64,000 nucleotides of DNA from Eledone cirrhosa. Lineage: Eukaryota. The position numbers and the translations under genes are program-made. Where the stretch lies: positions 343,170,001 through 343,234,000 of the forward strand of contig OZ024742.1 in the NCBI GenBank assembly GCA_964016885.1. Reading direction: 5' to 3'. Below the pieces are notes generated by a model that was not told the DNA's origin, did not search any database, and worked only from the letters and a program-made list of their open reading frames with translations. Positions 11,699 through 28,444 of this stretch are shown here, piece after piece (the first letter of the stretch is position 1; each line of letters starts with the position of its first letter).

Positions 11699-14600
11699 CA
11701 TCATCATCTTCATCATCATTTTACGTCCGCTTTTCCCTGCCTGCAAGGGTGGGGCGGGTCTTATTTAGCACAGCATCTCTCCACTTGTCACGGTCCTTCG
11801 TCGTCTCCACCGTGAACTTCAGTGATCTGAGGTCTGTTCTCACCACCTCTGCCCATGTTTTTCGTGGTCTACCTCTACCACGTCTTCCTTCAACTAGTAT
11901 TTCCTGGCACTTCTTCACCCATCGGTCATCCTCCATGCGCATCACATGCCCATACCACCCCAGTCTCCTCTCTCGCACACTACATTCTATCCCTCTCAGA
12001 CAGTTTCTCTCTCAACACATGCTGGGTCGTTCACGCACATTGACATTGCACATCAAACGGAGCATGCTTGCCTCATTTCTCTCCAACCGTCGCATATCCT
12101 CTGCAGTTGCTACCCATGTTTCACTACCATGCAGCATCGCGCTCTTCACACAGGCATCATATAACTGGCCTTTCGTACGCAGGGAGAAACCCTTCTTCGT
12201 CAGCAGAGGAAGCAGCTCCCTAAACTTCTTCCAACCCGTCCTTATTCTAGATACTATGGCCTCGGAACAACCCCTCCCATGCTAATCTGATCTCCTAAGT
12301 ACCGGAAGCTATCCACCACTTCTATAGCACCCGCCTGCATTTGAAAAATGTGTCTATCAATGCGACTTCTACTGTCTAATTCCCTGTACATCTACTGCAT
12401 ACGTATTTCTCCCTACCTGTTAGTTTGCCTGCTATCCCACTACATCTCTTGTGTACCCAGGATCTGCATTGTGTGCATTTTATAGAATTTATGCCAGTTA
12501 CTTTTCTGCATATCGAACATGGCCATTTCCCTGACGGAATCAGAGTTTTGTCCTCTTTTCTACTCAACACCTTAGCTAGGTTCACTCTCAGTCCTCTTGC
12601 TTCCAACTGCTGTTTCCATAGCCAGAATTTATTCTCAAGCTCCACTACTGATTCTGCTATAAGAACCAGATCGTCAGCATAGAGAAGTTCCCATGGACAG
12701 CCAGTCTTAAACTCCTCTATTTTGGCTTGGAGGACTATAATGAACAAGAGCGGGCTGAGGACCGAACCTTGGTGTACTCCTACTTGTATCTGGAATTCCT
12801 CACTAAACTCCATTCCTACCCTGACTTTACTGACAGTACCTCTGTACAAAGTGTGCACTGTCCTCACAAGCCATTCCTCAACACCTAGATTCCTTAGGGA
12901 CCACCAGATGACAGATCGGGAAACCCTATCAAAGGCCTTCTCTAGGTCAACGAAGGCTAAGTATAGTGGCTTATTTTTCTCTAAGAACCTCTCTTGTAAT
13001 TGTCTCACCAAGAAGAGGGCATCTGTTGTACTCTTCCCAGGCACAAAACCAAACTGCGTCTCATCTAGTTTGACCCTTTCTCTAATTAGTTGTGCTAATA
13101 TCTTTTCTGCCACTTTCATAACCTGATCTATCAGTTTTATACCCCTATAACTGCTCCTCTCCAGAGCATCCCCTTTACCTTTGTAGCAATTTATGAGAAT
13201 ACTTCTGCACCAGTCTTTGGTTATGACACCACCATAAATAGCCTTATTGATGATGCGTGTAACCAGTTTAGTGCCTACGTCCCCTGATGCCTTCAGCATC
13301 TCAGCAACTATCCCCGATGGTCCAGCAGCCTTACCATTTTTCATTTCCTTAATCGCCTCTTGGACCCTATATTCGTCAATCTCAATAGCTGGTCCCTCTG
13401 TCGGATCTACTGAGGGTAATTTCTCTCTCTACCATTCGTTCTCCACATTCATCAGTCTCTCATAATGACATTTCCAGGCCTCCTTTTCCTGATCATTCTT
13501 GACACTAAGTACACTGGCATCATTCCGGACACATTTATCTCCAACAAGATCCTGATTTGCATTGACACACTGCCTTGCAATGTGGAACACCGCACGCTCT
13601 GATCTTCCCGTCGCAGAACATTGGCAAACCTCCTACTCTCAGCCTCCCTGCGTGCTAAGTACACCTGACGTCTAGCTTCTCTCTTAAGAGCTGCATATCC
13701 TTCTCTACTCCCACCCTTTTCCCAAGCCTTCCATGCTAGTCTTTTGTCTCTAATGGCCTTATCTACTGTGCTGTTCCACCACCAGGTCACTCTCTGTCTG
13801 GTTGGAGCTTTTCCCCAGCCACGGGTTTCATCAGTAGCCTGCAGTAAGTTGTCACGTAAGATATTCCAGTTATTATCTATGTCATACGTCTCTAAATCGT
13901 CTTCTTTTTCGTCATACACATCTTGAAGGGCTCTCCTAAATTTGTATTTTAGTGAAAGGTCTTTTAGCTTCCAGACCTTTCTTCTCCACACCTTCCTGTA
14001 TGTCTCATCCCATCTCTTGCTCACTGAGATATCACTAACGACTAACCTATGCTGTGGGGTACATTCTTCCCCAGGGTATGCCTTGGTATTAGACACTATC
14101 TGCCTGTCCCGCTGCCTAACTAGTAAGAAGTGAATCTGGCTTATGTGCTCGCCATATTTGTAGGTTATTAGGTGGTTGGCAGGTTTCTGGAAGTTAGTGT
14201 TGCAAATAGTCAGTGTACTTGCACCACAAAATTCAAGTTTCACTCCTTCTTCATTTCTTGAGCCGTAACCGTGCCCACCATGTACCCCAGTGTAACCATC
14301 CTGGAGCTGTCCAACATGACCATTGAAGTCCCCTGCTAGCATAACGATGTCTGCGTCCTCTGTCATTGCGGTTGTTTGTAAAAGTTGCTCGTAAAAGCAG
14401 TCTTTCTCTTCTTTGCCTAGGCCTGCTTGGGGAGCATATGCAGAGATGATTGTCAGTAGTCTCCTGCCTACAACTAATCTAAGCTTAATTATTCGATTAC
14501 TAACTCGAACTACCTCTATTGTCTTATTGATCCATCTCAGCCAGGAAAATGCCTACTCCCTCTAACCCATCATCCTTACCTACCCAGAAAAGCTTATAGC

Positions 14601-14950
14601 TAAGATGTTTGCCTACGACTAGTCTCGCAGAGGCACCTGTCCATCTCACCTCTTGCACGCAGCACACATTCACATGCCTTCTCACCAGCAACTCCGCTAT
14701 TTCAGCAGATCTACCTCTGAGAGTGCCAACATTAAGTGTTGCAACTCTGAGATGCGATGTCTTCATATTTTGTTGTTCCTATATACTTGTTGCTGTGCTA
14801 ATAATCGTTTTGGCATTGATACACTGGTTGGATGCCCTTTCTTACACCAGCGCCACTTTACAGCATGGACTGGGTGCTTTTATTTGTGCCACCAGCACTA
14901 GAGAGGATTCTTACTAGACTGAAGGGCCCTCTCTACCCCTCCATTTTACA
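11699..14950 (-). mobile_element. Near full-length, frameshifted RTE-clade LINE (AP endonuclease plus RT) with (GAT)n tail
   Basis: ORF pieces: ATLNVGTL..CVQEVRW (APE), GDFNGHVG, KAAGPSG..YRGIKL..QFGF..FVDLEKAFD..HQGSVLSP..YADD, and [19 protein letters not shown]. Confidence 0.92.
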
Positions 14951-15093
14951 GCATGGTCATAACCCCCGCCCCACTTATTGACACTCACGGCACACACACA
15001 CACTCACTCACACACCAACACTTATGCATACAAACTACAAACACACACGCCGCTCACACACCAACACTCATGCATACAAACACACACACCACT

Positions 15094-15153
<60 letters not shown>

Positions 15154-15279
15154 GTCAGTACTGATACAAAATCAAAATCATGTCAACTGTTAACTTTTCC
15201 AGCAATGCGCTGGGACAATCGCTGCCCCATGCCAAGAACTGAATAGTTATTTAGTATTATTATTATAGTTGTTTGTTAT

Positions 15280-15465
15280 GTGGATTGGCAGTATCGGTAG
15301 AGGGTCGGACGCCTTGCTTTGACGCATAGAGTTACGGCCCTTGCCATTCTGAGTTCAAATCTCGCCGAGGTTATCTTTGCCTTTCATCCTTATGGGGTCG
15401 ATAAAATAAAGTACCAGTAATACACTGGGTAATTGCTGGCCTTGTACCAAAAGTAGAAACAATTA
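15280..15465 (+). mobile_element. tRNA-derived SINE (further copies 17508-17725 +, 28218-28390 -, 37803-37993 +, 39325-39535 -, 44741-44920 +, 46757-46946 -)
   Basis: Same head, B-box, core and tail as 4287-4472. Confidence 0.85.
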
Positions 15466-15489
15466 TTTTAGTTGTTTTTAAGGCCTGAT

Positions 15490-16275
15490 CGCTGGTGATG
15501 GTGGTGGTGGTGGATGATGTCTGTGATGGTGATGGTGGTGGTGGTGGTGGTGGATGGTGCCAGTGATGGTGGTGTTGGTGGTGAATGGTGGTGGTGATGG
15601 TGTTGGATGGTGTCAGTGATGGTGAAGGTGGTGTTGGTGGATGGTGTCAGTGATGGTGATGGTGGTGGTGGTGGATGGTGCCAATGATGGTGGTGGTGGT
15701 GAATAATGTCAGTGATGGTGATGGTGGTGGATGGTGCCAGTGATGGTGGTGGTAGTGGTAATGGTAGTGGTGGTGGTGAAGGTGGTGGATAGTGTCAGTG
15801 ATGGTGGTGGTGGTGGATAGTGACAGTGATGGTGGTGATGGTGGTGGTGGTGGTAAGTGGTGCCATTGATGGTGGTGGTGGTGAAGGTGGTGGATGGTGT
15901 CAGTGATGGTGATGGTGGTGGTGGTGGTAGTGGTGCTGGTGAAGGTGGTGGACTGTGTCAGGGATGGTGATGGTGGTGGTGGATGATGTCAGTGATGGTG
16001 GTGATGGTGGTGGTGGTGGATGGTACCAGTGATGGTGGTGGTGGTGGTGAAGGTGGTGGATGGTGTCAGTGATGGTGATAGTGGTGGTGGTGGTGGTGGT
16101 GGTGGATGGTGTCAGTGATGATGGTGGTTGTTGTCGTTGTTGTTGTTGTTGATGATGTTGCTGCTGCTGCGGCCGTTGTTGTTGTTCATTTCACTGCTGC
16201 TGCTGCTGCTGCAGACAATGGTGTTGTAGCTGTTGCTGTTGTTGTTGCTGTTGTTGCTGTTGTTGTAGTCGCTGT
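15490..16275. repeat. Degenerate (GGT/GAT)n then (GTT/GCT)n trinucleotide low-complexity tract
   Basis: Directly visible; contains a recurring ggatggtgtcagtgat subunit. Confidence 0.9.
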
Positions 16276-16470
16276 GTTGAAATTTTGAAATTTTGAAATT
16301 TGTTCACTTCGCGTGTGTGATATATACACATACATATATATATATACATACACATATGATTCCAGTTCCTCAGTGAAATAACAACCCAACCACGAACTGG
16401 GCATATCAAAGTATTGACAATATTATACACCTCAACAACATATGTACTTGTCTATACCATACTAATTCAA

Positions 16471-16525
16471 ACTGCCTGAAGAGGTCACAGCCAAAGATGG
16501 CTGTCACTGAAATATATATAGCAGT
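16471..16525 (+). ncRNA. Minimal type I hammerhead motif
   Basis: actgc-CTGAAGA-ggt.acagcca aaga tggctgt.act-GAAA-tatata-TA^gcagt. Confidence 0.8.
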
Positions 16526-16763
16526 AATAAACGAAGCTAAATTTTAATCATTTGACTTTTTATTTAACTTTATTTTACACTACTCCGGAGTAACCAAACC
16601 AACCTGCGCACTTCGTCGAGTGCTCCAGCCTGCATACTGAGGTATTGGTATACAACCAACATAAACTCAAAATCTATATACATACACATATATATACATA
16701 CATACACATATATATACATATATATATATACATATATATATATACATATATATATATACATAC

Positions 16764-16870
<107 letters not shown>

Positions 16871-17049
16871 CAAACAATGAGTTATATGCAATTGTTGGCT
16901 TACGTTGTAAAGTCACGCTCTGGGTATGTTAATATCTTAACACCAAATATTGTATTTTATCTAGTATCCTTGAAATATGTATAATGAAATAAACATGTTG
17001 TTAAGAAGATATTTTCCATTTATTAATATTTTTAATATTAATATATATA

Positions 17050-17145
<96 letters not shown>

Positions 17146-17819
17146 AGCAAATTTATTGAAAATAAAATAATATATTATATATGTAAAACCAAAATTGAGT
17201 AATGAAAATAAGGGGGAAGAGATAATGAATGGCAGATGTGGGTGTATAGGAAAGTAAAGGAAAGGACTATAAATGCCATAAATGAGAAGAAAAGAAGAGA
17301 AATTGCAAGGACTATTAGGGAACGGAAGAAAGAGAGGGGTGACAGACTCTAGGGCGAGGTCGGTGCGGTGTCTTGGCTAATATTTTCTTTCATATTTTAC
17401 CAATAAACCAATCAGTCTTTACATATATAGATAAAAAAAGGTACGGTTCAGTTTTATTTTATTGTCGATTATTGCCCCAAATTTGGGACTTATTTATCGA
17501 TTTATATGGGCGGTGGATTGACAATATCGGTAGAGCGTCGAACAATATACTTTGTGGTATATAGTTACAACCCTTTACGTTCTGAGTTCAAATCACGCCG
17601 AGGTTAGCTTTACATTTTATGCTTACGTGATCGATAAAATAAATTACCAGTAATGCACGGGGTCGATTTAATCGACTTTCCTCTCCCCAAATTTGTTGGC
17701 GTTGTGCCTAAATCAGAATATATTATTTTATCGATTTATCAAACCGCAAATATACGGGCTATACAGAAACAACACCTGTTATTTAACTGTGTAGCCGGAA
17801 AAGACGCACGCACGCACGC

Positions 17820-17913
<94 letters not shown>

Positions 17914-17914
17914 A

Positions 17915-21782
<3,868 letters not shown>

Positions 21783-21784
<2 letters not shown>

Positions 21785-22632
21785 ATGAGAATAAACGTGC
21801 TGCGTGGTTGCTAATGGGTTACATATGAATAAAGTTAGTCCTTCATCAGTGATCTTCCAACCATCATTGGTATTTCATCGCTTTAAAGACCATATACCTC
21901 CGGTTGGTGCGAGAAACGGCTAAAAATAGTCGTTGGGACACGTAAATAAAGGGGACACGAGAGTATAAACAAACAAAGATGGTGAAGCAACGAAAAGTGA
22001 GGAAGAAGGAGTCAAGTCCCAAATTTCCATGAATATAAGTTCGGTGAAATCGTGAACGAGAGAGAATAAAGACCATCAAACCTGGTTGGAATGTGAGCAA
22101 GGAAGGAATTCCGTACAGGTCTAACGGGAGGAAGAAGGGATCTAGTCTGTGAATTCGGTGAACGTAAGTTCTGTGAAATCGTAGACGAGAGAGAGAAAAA
22201 AAAGTGACCTGCCTGACCAAGGGTGCGAAAGAAAAGAATTACGCACAGGTCAAACGGGAAGAAGGAGGAGGAAGAGAGGTAGTAACAGAGAGTGAGTGAG
22301 TGAAGGGTGAGGAAGAGGCTAACAGAGAGAGTGACTGTTAGAGAGGGTAAAGATACAGAGAAAGAGGAAGCAGTAAGAACGAAATAGACGGGTCATAGTG
22401 GGGGAAAAAATATGTGTAAATATGAGAATAAACGTGTTGCGTGGTTGCTAATAGGTTACATATGAATAAAGTTAGTCCTTCATCAGTGATCTTCCAACCA
22501 TCATTGGTATTTCATCGCTTTAAAGACCATATACCTCCGGTTGGTGCGAGCAACGGCTAAAAAAAGTCGTTGGGACACGTAAATAAAGGGGACACGAGAG
22601 TGTAAACAAACAAAGATGGCGAAGCAACGAAA
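21783..22632 (-). repeat. Diverged relative of the 494-bp unit: 637-bp period with about 212-bp direct repeats (21783-21994, 22420-22632), each holding the same motif
   Basis: ggta-TA^tggtcttt-aaagcgat-GAAA-tacc-..-gaagatca-CTGATGA at 21830-21898 and 22467-22535. Confidence 0.8.
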
Positions 22633-23109
22633 TTAGGAGCGTACAGGACAAAAACATTGGAAAAAACAACGGAAAAACGGACAATCCCATCTCCTCAGTC
22701 AACCTCTGGGAATCATTAAGGTCGGTGTATTAAAGTTGATACCATTCACTACCGTGCGTAGTAAACAAGTAGAGACAAGTTATGCCGTTAAACGAATTAC
22801 ACAAATATAGGAGAAAAATCATCCCAATTACGTCAACGTACAGTTGTACGTGAGGAATTAGTCAAGGAAGAAAAAATATAGAAAGAAGAGAAATAGTAAA
22901 AGATGAGAATAAGGACTGTAGCCCAACGTCCATATAAAAAAGAATGACACTAAGGCGTAGAAAAAGTAAGAAGGGAGAATAGAGGAAGACAGATCGGGTG
23001 GTGTGATGTTTATTATTGGCAGTATCGGTAGAGCGTCGGACACCATGCTTTGCAGCAAAGAGTTACGGCCCTTTATGGTCTGAGTTCAAATCCCACCGAG
23101 GTTAACTTT

Positions 23110-24848
23110 ACTTGTACTTGTACTTGTGTCGACATTCACTCTGGACGGGTTGAGCCGGCTTCTTCTCTTGTCCTGACGGCATCTCGAAACATGGCAGCCC
23201 ACGCACGACGGTCCCGGGCTAGGTCACTGGAGATAGCGAGCCAGTCACGGTTCCATCGGCGCAGGCAGACCACCTGCGGACCTGAGAGTTCGGAGAGGTC
23301 CTCCTTGATCGCCGTTGCCCAGGTCTTCAGCTGCCCGCCAACGTGCTTGCGCCAGTTAGGGAGTGGAGGTGGAAGGAGAACATCACCGATCAGCTCACCC
23401 TCAGGGCGCCGGGCCGCGTCACCAAACCATCTCAAGCGCCGTTGCAGCAGCACTGAAGGAAAGGGTCGAAGATTCAGGCGAAGACGAAGACTGGTGGTAG
23501 GTACCCGATCAACGCGTCTGCAGCGAAGAATGCAGCGGAGACAGTCATTATCGAAGACCTCCAGCCCCCGTTGATCGATTACTCTCATAGGCCATGTTTC
23601 ACAGCCATAGAGGAGGATAGTTCGAACGACGGCCTGGTAGATTCGCCCCTTGGTCGCCGAGGTGATCTCTCTTCTGTCCTACAGACACCGCTGCAGGCGC
23701 CCAAAATCGGATCTGGCAGCACCTATGCGACGCTTGACCTCGGCTGCGCCCTGTCCCGTTGGAACCACTGTTGAGCCCAGGTAAACGAAGGACTCCACAT
23801 CCCCCAGGTCCACGCCCTCGAGAGATATTGGTTGCCAGGCATCAGGCGAGACCAGTGACGTCACGACTTGGCGGCATTGATTCGTAGACCAACAGCGGCG
23901 GCTGCAGTGTGCACTCTTTCGAGAGCACCCTGTACATCCGTCCCGTTAGCGCCCATCAGCACGATGTCATCCGCGTAGGCCAGGTCCGTCACCACGACCC
24001 CTCTCCCGCTGTGTTGAGAGTGTAGTCAATGGCGTAGTTAAAGAGAGTTGGCGATAGCGCACACCTCTGCCGAACACCGGTCCCAACATCGAACGACTCC
24101 GTCTCCCCACCATAGACCCTCACTCGAGCCCGAGTCGACAGGTAGTAGCCTTGTATGAGATGAAGCAGCTTCACTGGGATGCCGTCCGCCTGCATTATAC
24201 GCCATAGGGCTTGCCGATCTACCGAGTCGAAGGCAGCTGCAAAGTCGATGAAGCAGAGGATGGTAGGCTGTTGATGTGCCCACCGTTGTTCCAGGACACG
24301 CCGGAGAATGAAGATTTGATCAACGCACCCCCTCCCCGGACGGAAGCCGCTCCGAGAAGAACGGGTAAGGACATCACGGATGGCCTGGAACCTCTTTAGC
24401 AGAAGAATTGCGAAGGTCTTGGCAGCAACGTCAGTTAAACTGATACCTCTGTAGTTGGAACACAGTTTCCTGTCGCCCTTTTTGAAGAAGGGTAGGAGAG
24501 TTGCCTTGCTCCAGTCACCAGGGAACCTCTCCGTCACCCACACCGAGGAAAAGACTCGATGGAGCCAAGCTGCGAGGACATCAGGCTCGGCCTTGTAGAC
24601 CTCAGCTGGAACACCATCCTCGCCCGGCGCCTTGTTATTCCGGAGATGTTTCAGGACACCACGTACCTCCTCGACCGTTGGAGGGGCAGTGCTGCATCCG
24701 TATTCTTCTCCGGAAGGCTGCACGTAGGTTGGCGTGGATGGTGGCGGGTGGTTGAGCAGCTTGGAGAAATGGTCCCGCCATCGGACTAGCCGGTCATTAA
24801 GATTGGTAATGACCGCCCCGTTCCGATCACGGATCGTCTCGCTGATAC
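23110..24848 (-). mobile_element. 5'-truncated GC-rich RTE-clade LINE with (CAAGTA)n tail, inserted in a SINE
   Basis: KAPGEDG..NYRGISL..GFRPGRGCVDQIF..FIDF.AAFDSV..LSPTLFN..YADD and RRLRWFG. SINE sequence is present on both sides with a diverged target duplication ccgaggttaacttt/ccgaggtaaacatt. Confidence 0.9.
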
Positions 24849-24872
24849 CCGAGGTAAACATTGCCTTTCATC

Positions 24873-26821
24873 TGTAGCAGTTGCCTCCCTTGTTGTGACT
24901 CACAACCCCAATAGATTAACAACATCTAGACGGGAAGTAGAACCCTTTCTGTAACTTCCGGTCAGAACCCTATAAAACTAACAACTTTAAGTTCTCAAGC
25001 TCTCATTTGCCCTTCCGGCGCCTGGCCTTCGCCAGGTGTCTCGCGTTTGCCTGGCAATCAAAACGGTAACTACTAACTTTGCTTCATTCTTTCGTTTATT
25101 CATTGACATGTCAACTATACTGTTAAATTGTTGATTAAATATTATACACACAAACCATGTCTCCTTGTTACATTTATACACGCCAGTTTCCCGCGATATT
25201 GGTAACCCTGACGTGATACGAACACGCAGCCGTTCATTGTTATAAGTGGTCACCCCGAAAAAAGAAAAAAATAGCGGAATCTGGTGTTGTGTGAGTAACA
25301 TTACGAATACACAGCAAATTTATTGACAAACTATGAAAATACTCAGTCAAAGAAACGAACACACCACGCACATGTGAAATTTGCGTTCAGACAGACTTTT
25401 TCTCTCACGCATCAACTAACTGTCGCATTTCACGATATATATTCTCGTTTCTCGTTTCTTACAACGAACACTTTCAAAACAACAAAAAAAAAAGAAATTT
25501 GATATTTTTTTTTAAACATTTCAACAGGAACATTTATTTTCGATGAACCATTGCCTTTTTTTTTTTCATCGTTTTCTTCATCGTTCAAGTTTTTTTCAAA
25601 AGTTCACACCAATAATAATGCTGAGTGAAGCCTTTCTTTTTCATCATTGTCACTTTCACACTTGCACTATCATTTTCTCGCGCGTTAGAAATATTATTTT
25701 TTCAACCTAACTTAACCTTGTATTGGCACGTGTAGGCAGCACAAATTCTCAACTCACGGAGATATCTCGACTCACAGAGATAGCCGCACGCCAAGGATTC
25801 TTCAGCCTTAAGCTATATTCTCCTATTTGCCGGTTTAAAAATTTACCACGTAAATTTGCCGTTGAAAACTGCGCATTTATTCAGAATGCTTATTTCTTTG
25901 GTCGCTGGCCTCTTGACCATTCCAGGTCGACGCATTCTCAACATCGACCATCAACTTCGGCTGTTATTTCTAACACTTTGCGCAACTCATTTTTTCCGAA
26001 AAAATTTTTTTTTTACTGTGAATTTAAACACCGAATACGCTCACTCCGCTAGACAACAACATCAACAGCAACACAGCTTCACCAACAACCAAAACCAGCA
26101 GAACAAGCCAGAGAATTTATTTTTGTAGCACTCTTCCTGTGAGAAAATCCATTCGGAGGTTGGAAATTTCACGATATACCACAGAACAGAAACCACCTGC
26201 ATTCATTCTCTGGAACACACTTCTTTCCTGCTGTCATGTGATTGCACACCTGTGAACTATATTTTGTACATTTGAACTTTGAGCTGTTCTCTTACTTTAT
26301 TACATTGTATCTTTGGGTGATGGATAGATAGATGTCCAGTCGTTCTCTGGCCAAGAGCGGTTGGCTACCTTGATATCTATCATTGATTTTTGCAAACATT
26401 CTTTTGTCGTAATTTCCATGCCTGTTACAACATTCTCGCCAACTTGCTACATATTTCATTCGATTTTTATATTCTAAAATTCTGGCGGGAGGTTATGTAG
26501 CAGTTGCCTCCCTTGTTGTGACTCACAACCCCAATAGATTAACAACATCTAGACGGGAAGTAGAACCCTTTCTGTAACTTCCGGTCAGAACCCTATAAAA
26601 CTAACAACTTTAAGTTCTCAAGCTCTCATTTGCCCTTCCGGCGCCTGGCCTTCGCCAGGTGTCTCGCGTTTGCCTGGCAATCAAAACGGTAACTACTAAC
26701 TTTGCTTCATTCTTTCGTTTATTCATTGACATGTCAACTATACTGTTAAATTGTTGATTAAATATTATACACACAAACCATGTCTCCTTGTTACATTCAT
26801 ACACGCCAGTTTCCCGCGATA
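24873..26821 (+). mobile_element. Young non-autonomous LTR retroelement (LTRs 24873-25198 and 26496-26821)
   Basis: Two 326-bp LTRs that are almost identical, with a 4-bp TSD catc. PBS TGGTAACCCTGACGTGAT (tRNA-Trp-like) at 25200; purine tract at 26484. The 1.3-kb interior has no recognisable pol. Confidence 0.9.
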
Positions 26822-27467
26822 CATCCTTCCAGGGTCGATAAAATAAAGAACCAGTTATACACTGGGATAATTGCTGGCCTTGTGCCAAAAGTAGAAACAA
26901 TTATATGATAGGTTTCGGCCAGTGTTAATCCAGGCCATTGGTCAATCCGAGGCTATAGAAGAAGACACCTAAGACACCTAAAGCGTTAAGCAGTGAGACT
27001 GAACGTGAAACACCGCGACTGAGAAACGAACTCTTTAACCACGCAGCCATAGCTGCATCTCTCATATAAAAACATTAAGACAATTTTATAATCTTGGCTA
27101 TTCTTTTTATTTTTCTTAGAAATAACAGTTTATTTCCCTATATTTCATATTTTACTTCTTTCATTTCCAGTTGTTTTCATTGTTAATCTTCCCATGTTTT
27201 CTGTAAAATAAGACTTAGCCTTGTAAGTTTCAAATGCGCACGCGAGCACACACGCACCCTCTCTCTATCTTTCACACACACACACTCTCTCTATCTTTCT
27301 CACACACATACACTCTCTCACGCACACACACACACTCTCTCTTTCTCACACACACATACTCTCTCTCACACACCCTCCTATCACACACATACACACCCTC
27401 ACACACATCCACTCTCTCACACACACACTATCTCTATCATACACACATACATACACACACACACACA

Positions 27468-27512
<45 letters not shown>

Positions 27513-27990
27513 GGGACCTCCGTCGATTTCGACGATGTATGTTCCAGTTTTTCTATCAACGGAACAACCTGTTCGTGAAATTAACGTGTAAGTGGCTGAG
27601 CATTTGACAAGATCCTCAATTTGCGAGGGAGGGGGGTCGTTTATATCGCCCAGTATTTTACTGGTACTTTATTTTATGATGTTATATATCATAATCTCGA
27701 CCAATTACATATTTCTCTACAATATTCTGTTTCTCGTGACAATAAATAATGTAAAACAACTGGGTGGTTAGAATGTCTCAGATTCGTTGGATAGATTTCA
27801 CGGGCAAAACCAACTGGTAGGAGACCCAGAGGTAGACCCCATGCAAGATGGTTGGATAACATCCATGAGCTTGGCTGGTCTCAATTGGGGATCCAGCCGG
27901 ATCAGTTGGAGACGCTTGCTTCTGACCGACTGGTATGAACGATTGAGGACACTGGCCCCACGGCCCTCTCGGGAATGAGTGGGAGAAGAA

Positions 27991-28036
<46 letters not shown>

Positions 28037-28164
28037 GTAATCTGAGTTTTTCGAATATTAATAATAATATTCGATTCGTTTGCAATCATGCAAACAAGCC
28101 TCATTTTTAAAGCCATGTCAGTAGAATGAGCCCCTCATTCTTGCTCTTGTGTTGGCATGCAAAC

Positions 28165-28219
<55 letters not shown>

Positions 28220-28444
28220 GCACAAAGCCAGCAAAAACCCAGTACATTACTGGTACTTTATTTTATCGATGAAAGGATGAAAGGCAAAGTTAACCTCGGC
28301 GGGATTTGAACTCAGAATGGCAAGGGCCGTAACTCTATGCGACAAAGCATAGCGTCCGACGCCTCTACCGATACTGCTAATCCACCGCCCTGATAATAAA
28401 TAAAATTATTGTATACAGTACTCAGGTGTACTACAAGCTCAGGT

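Noticed and set aside
11749-13126. Plus-strand ORFs overlapping the RTE (likewise antisense ORFs over other LINEs)
   Set aside because: Antisense shadows of retrotransposon coding sequence.
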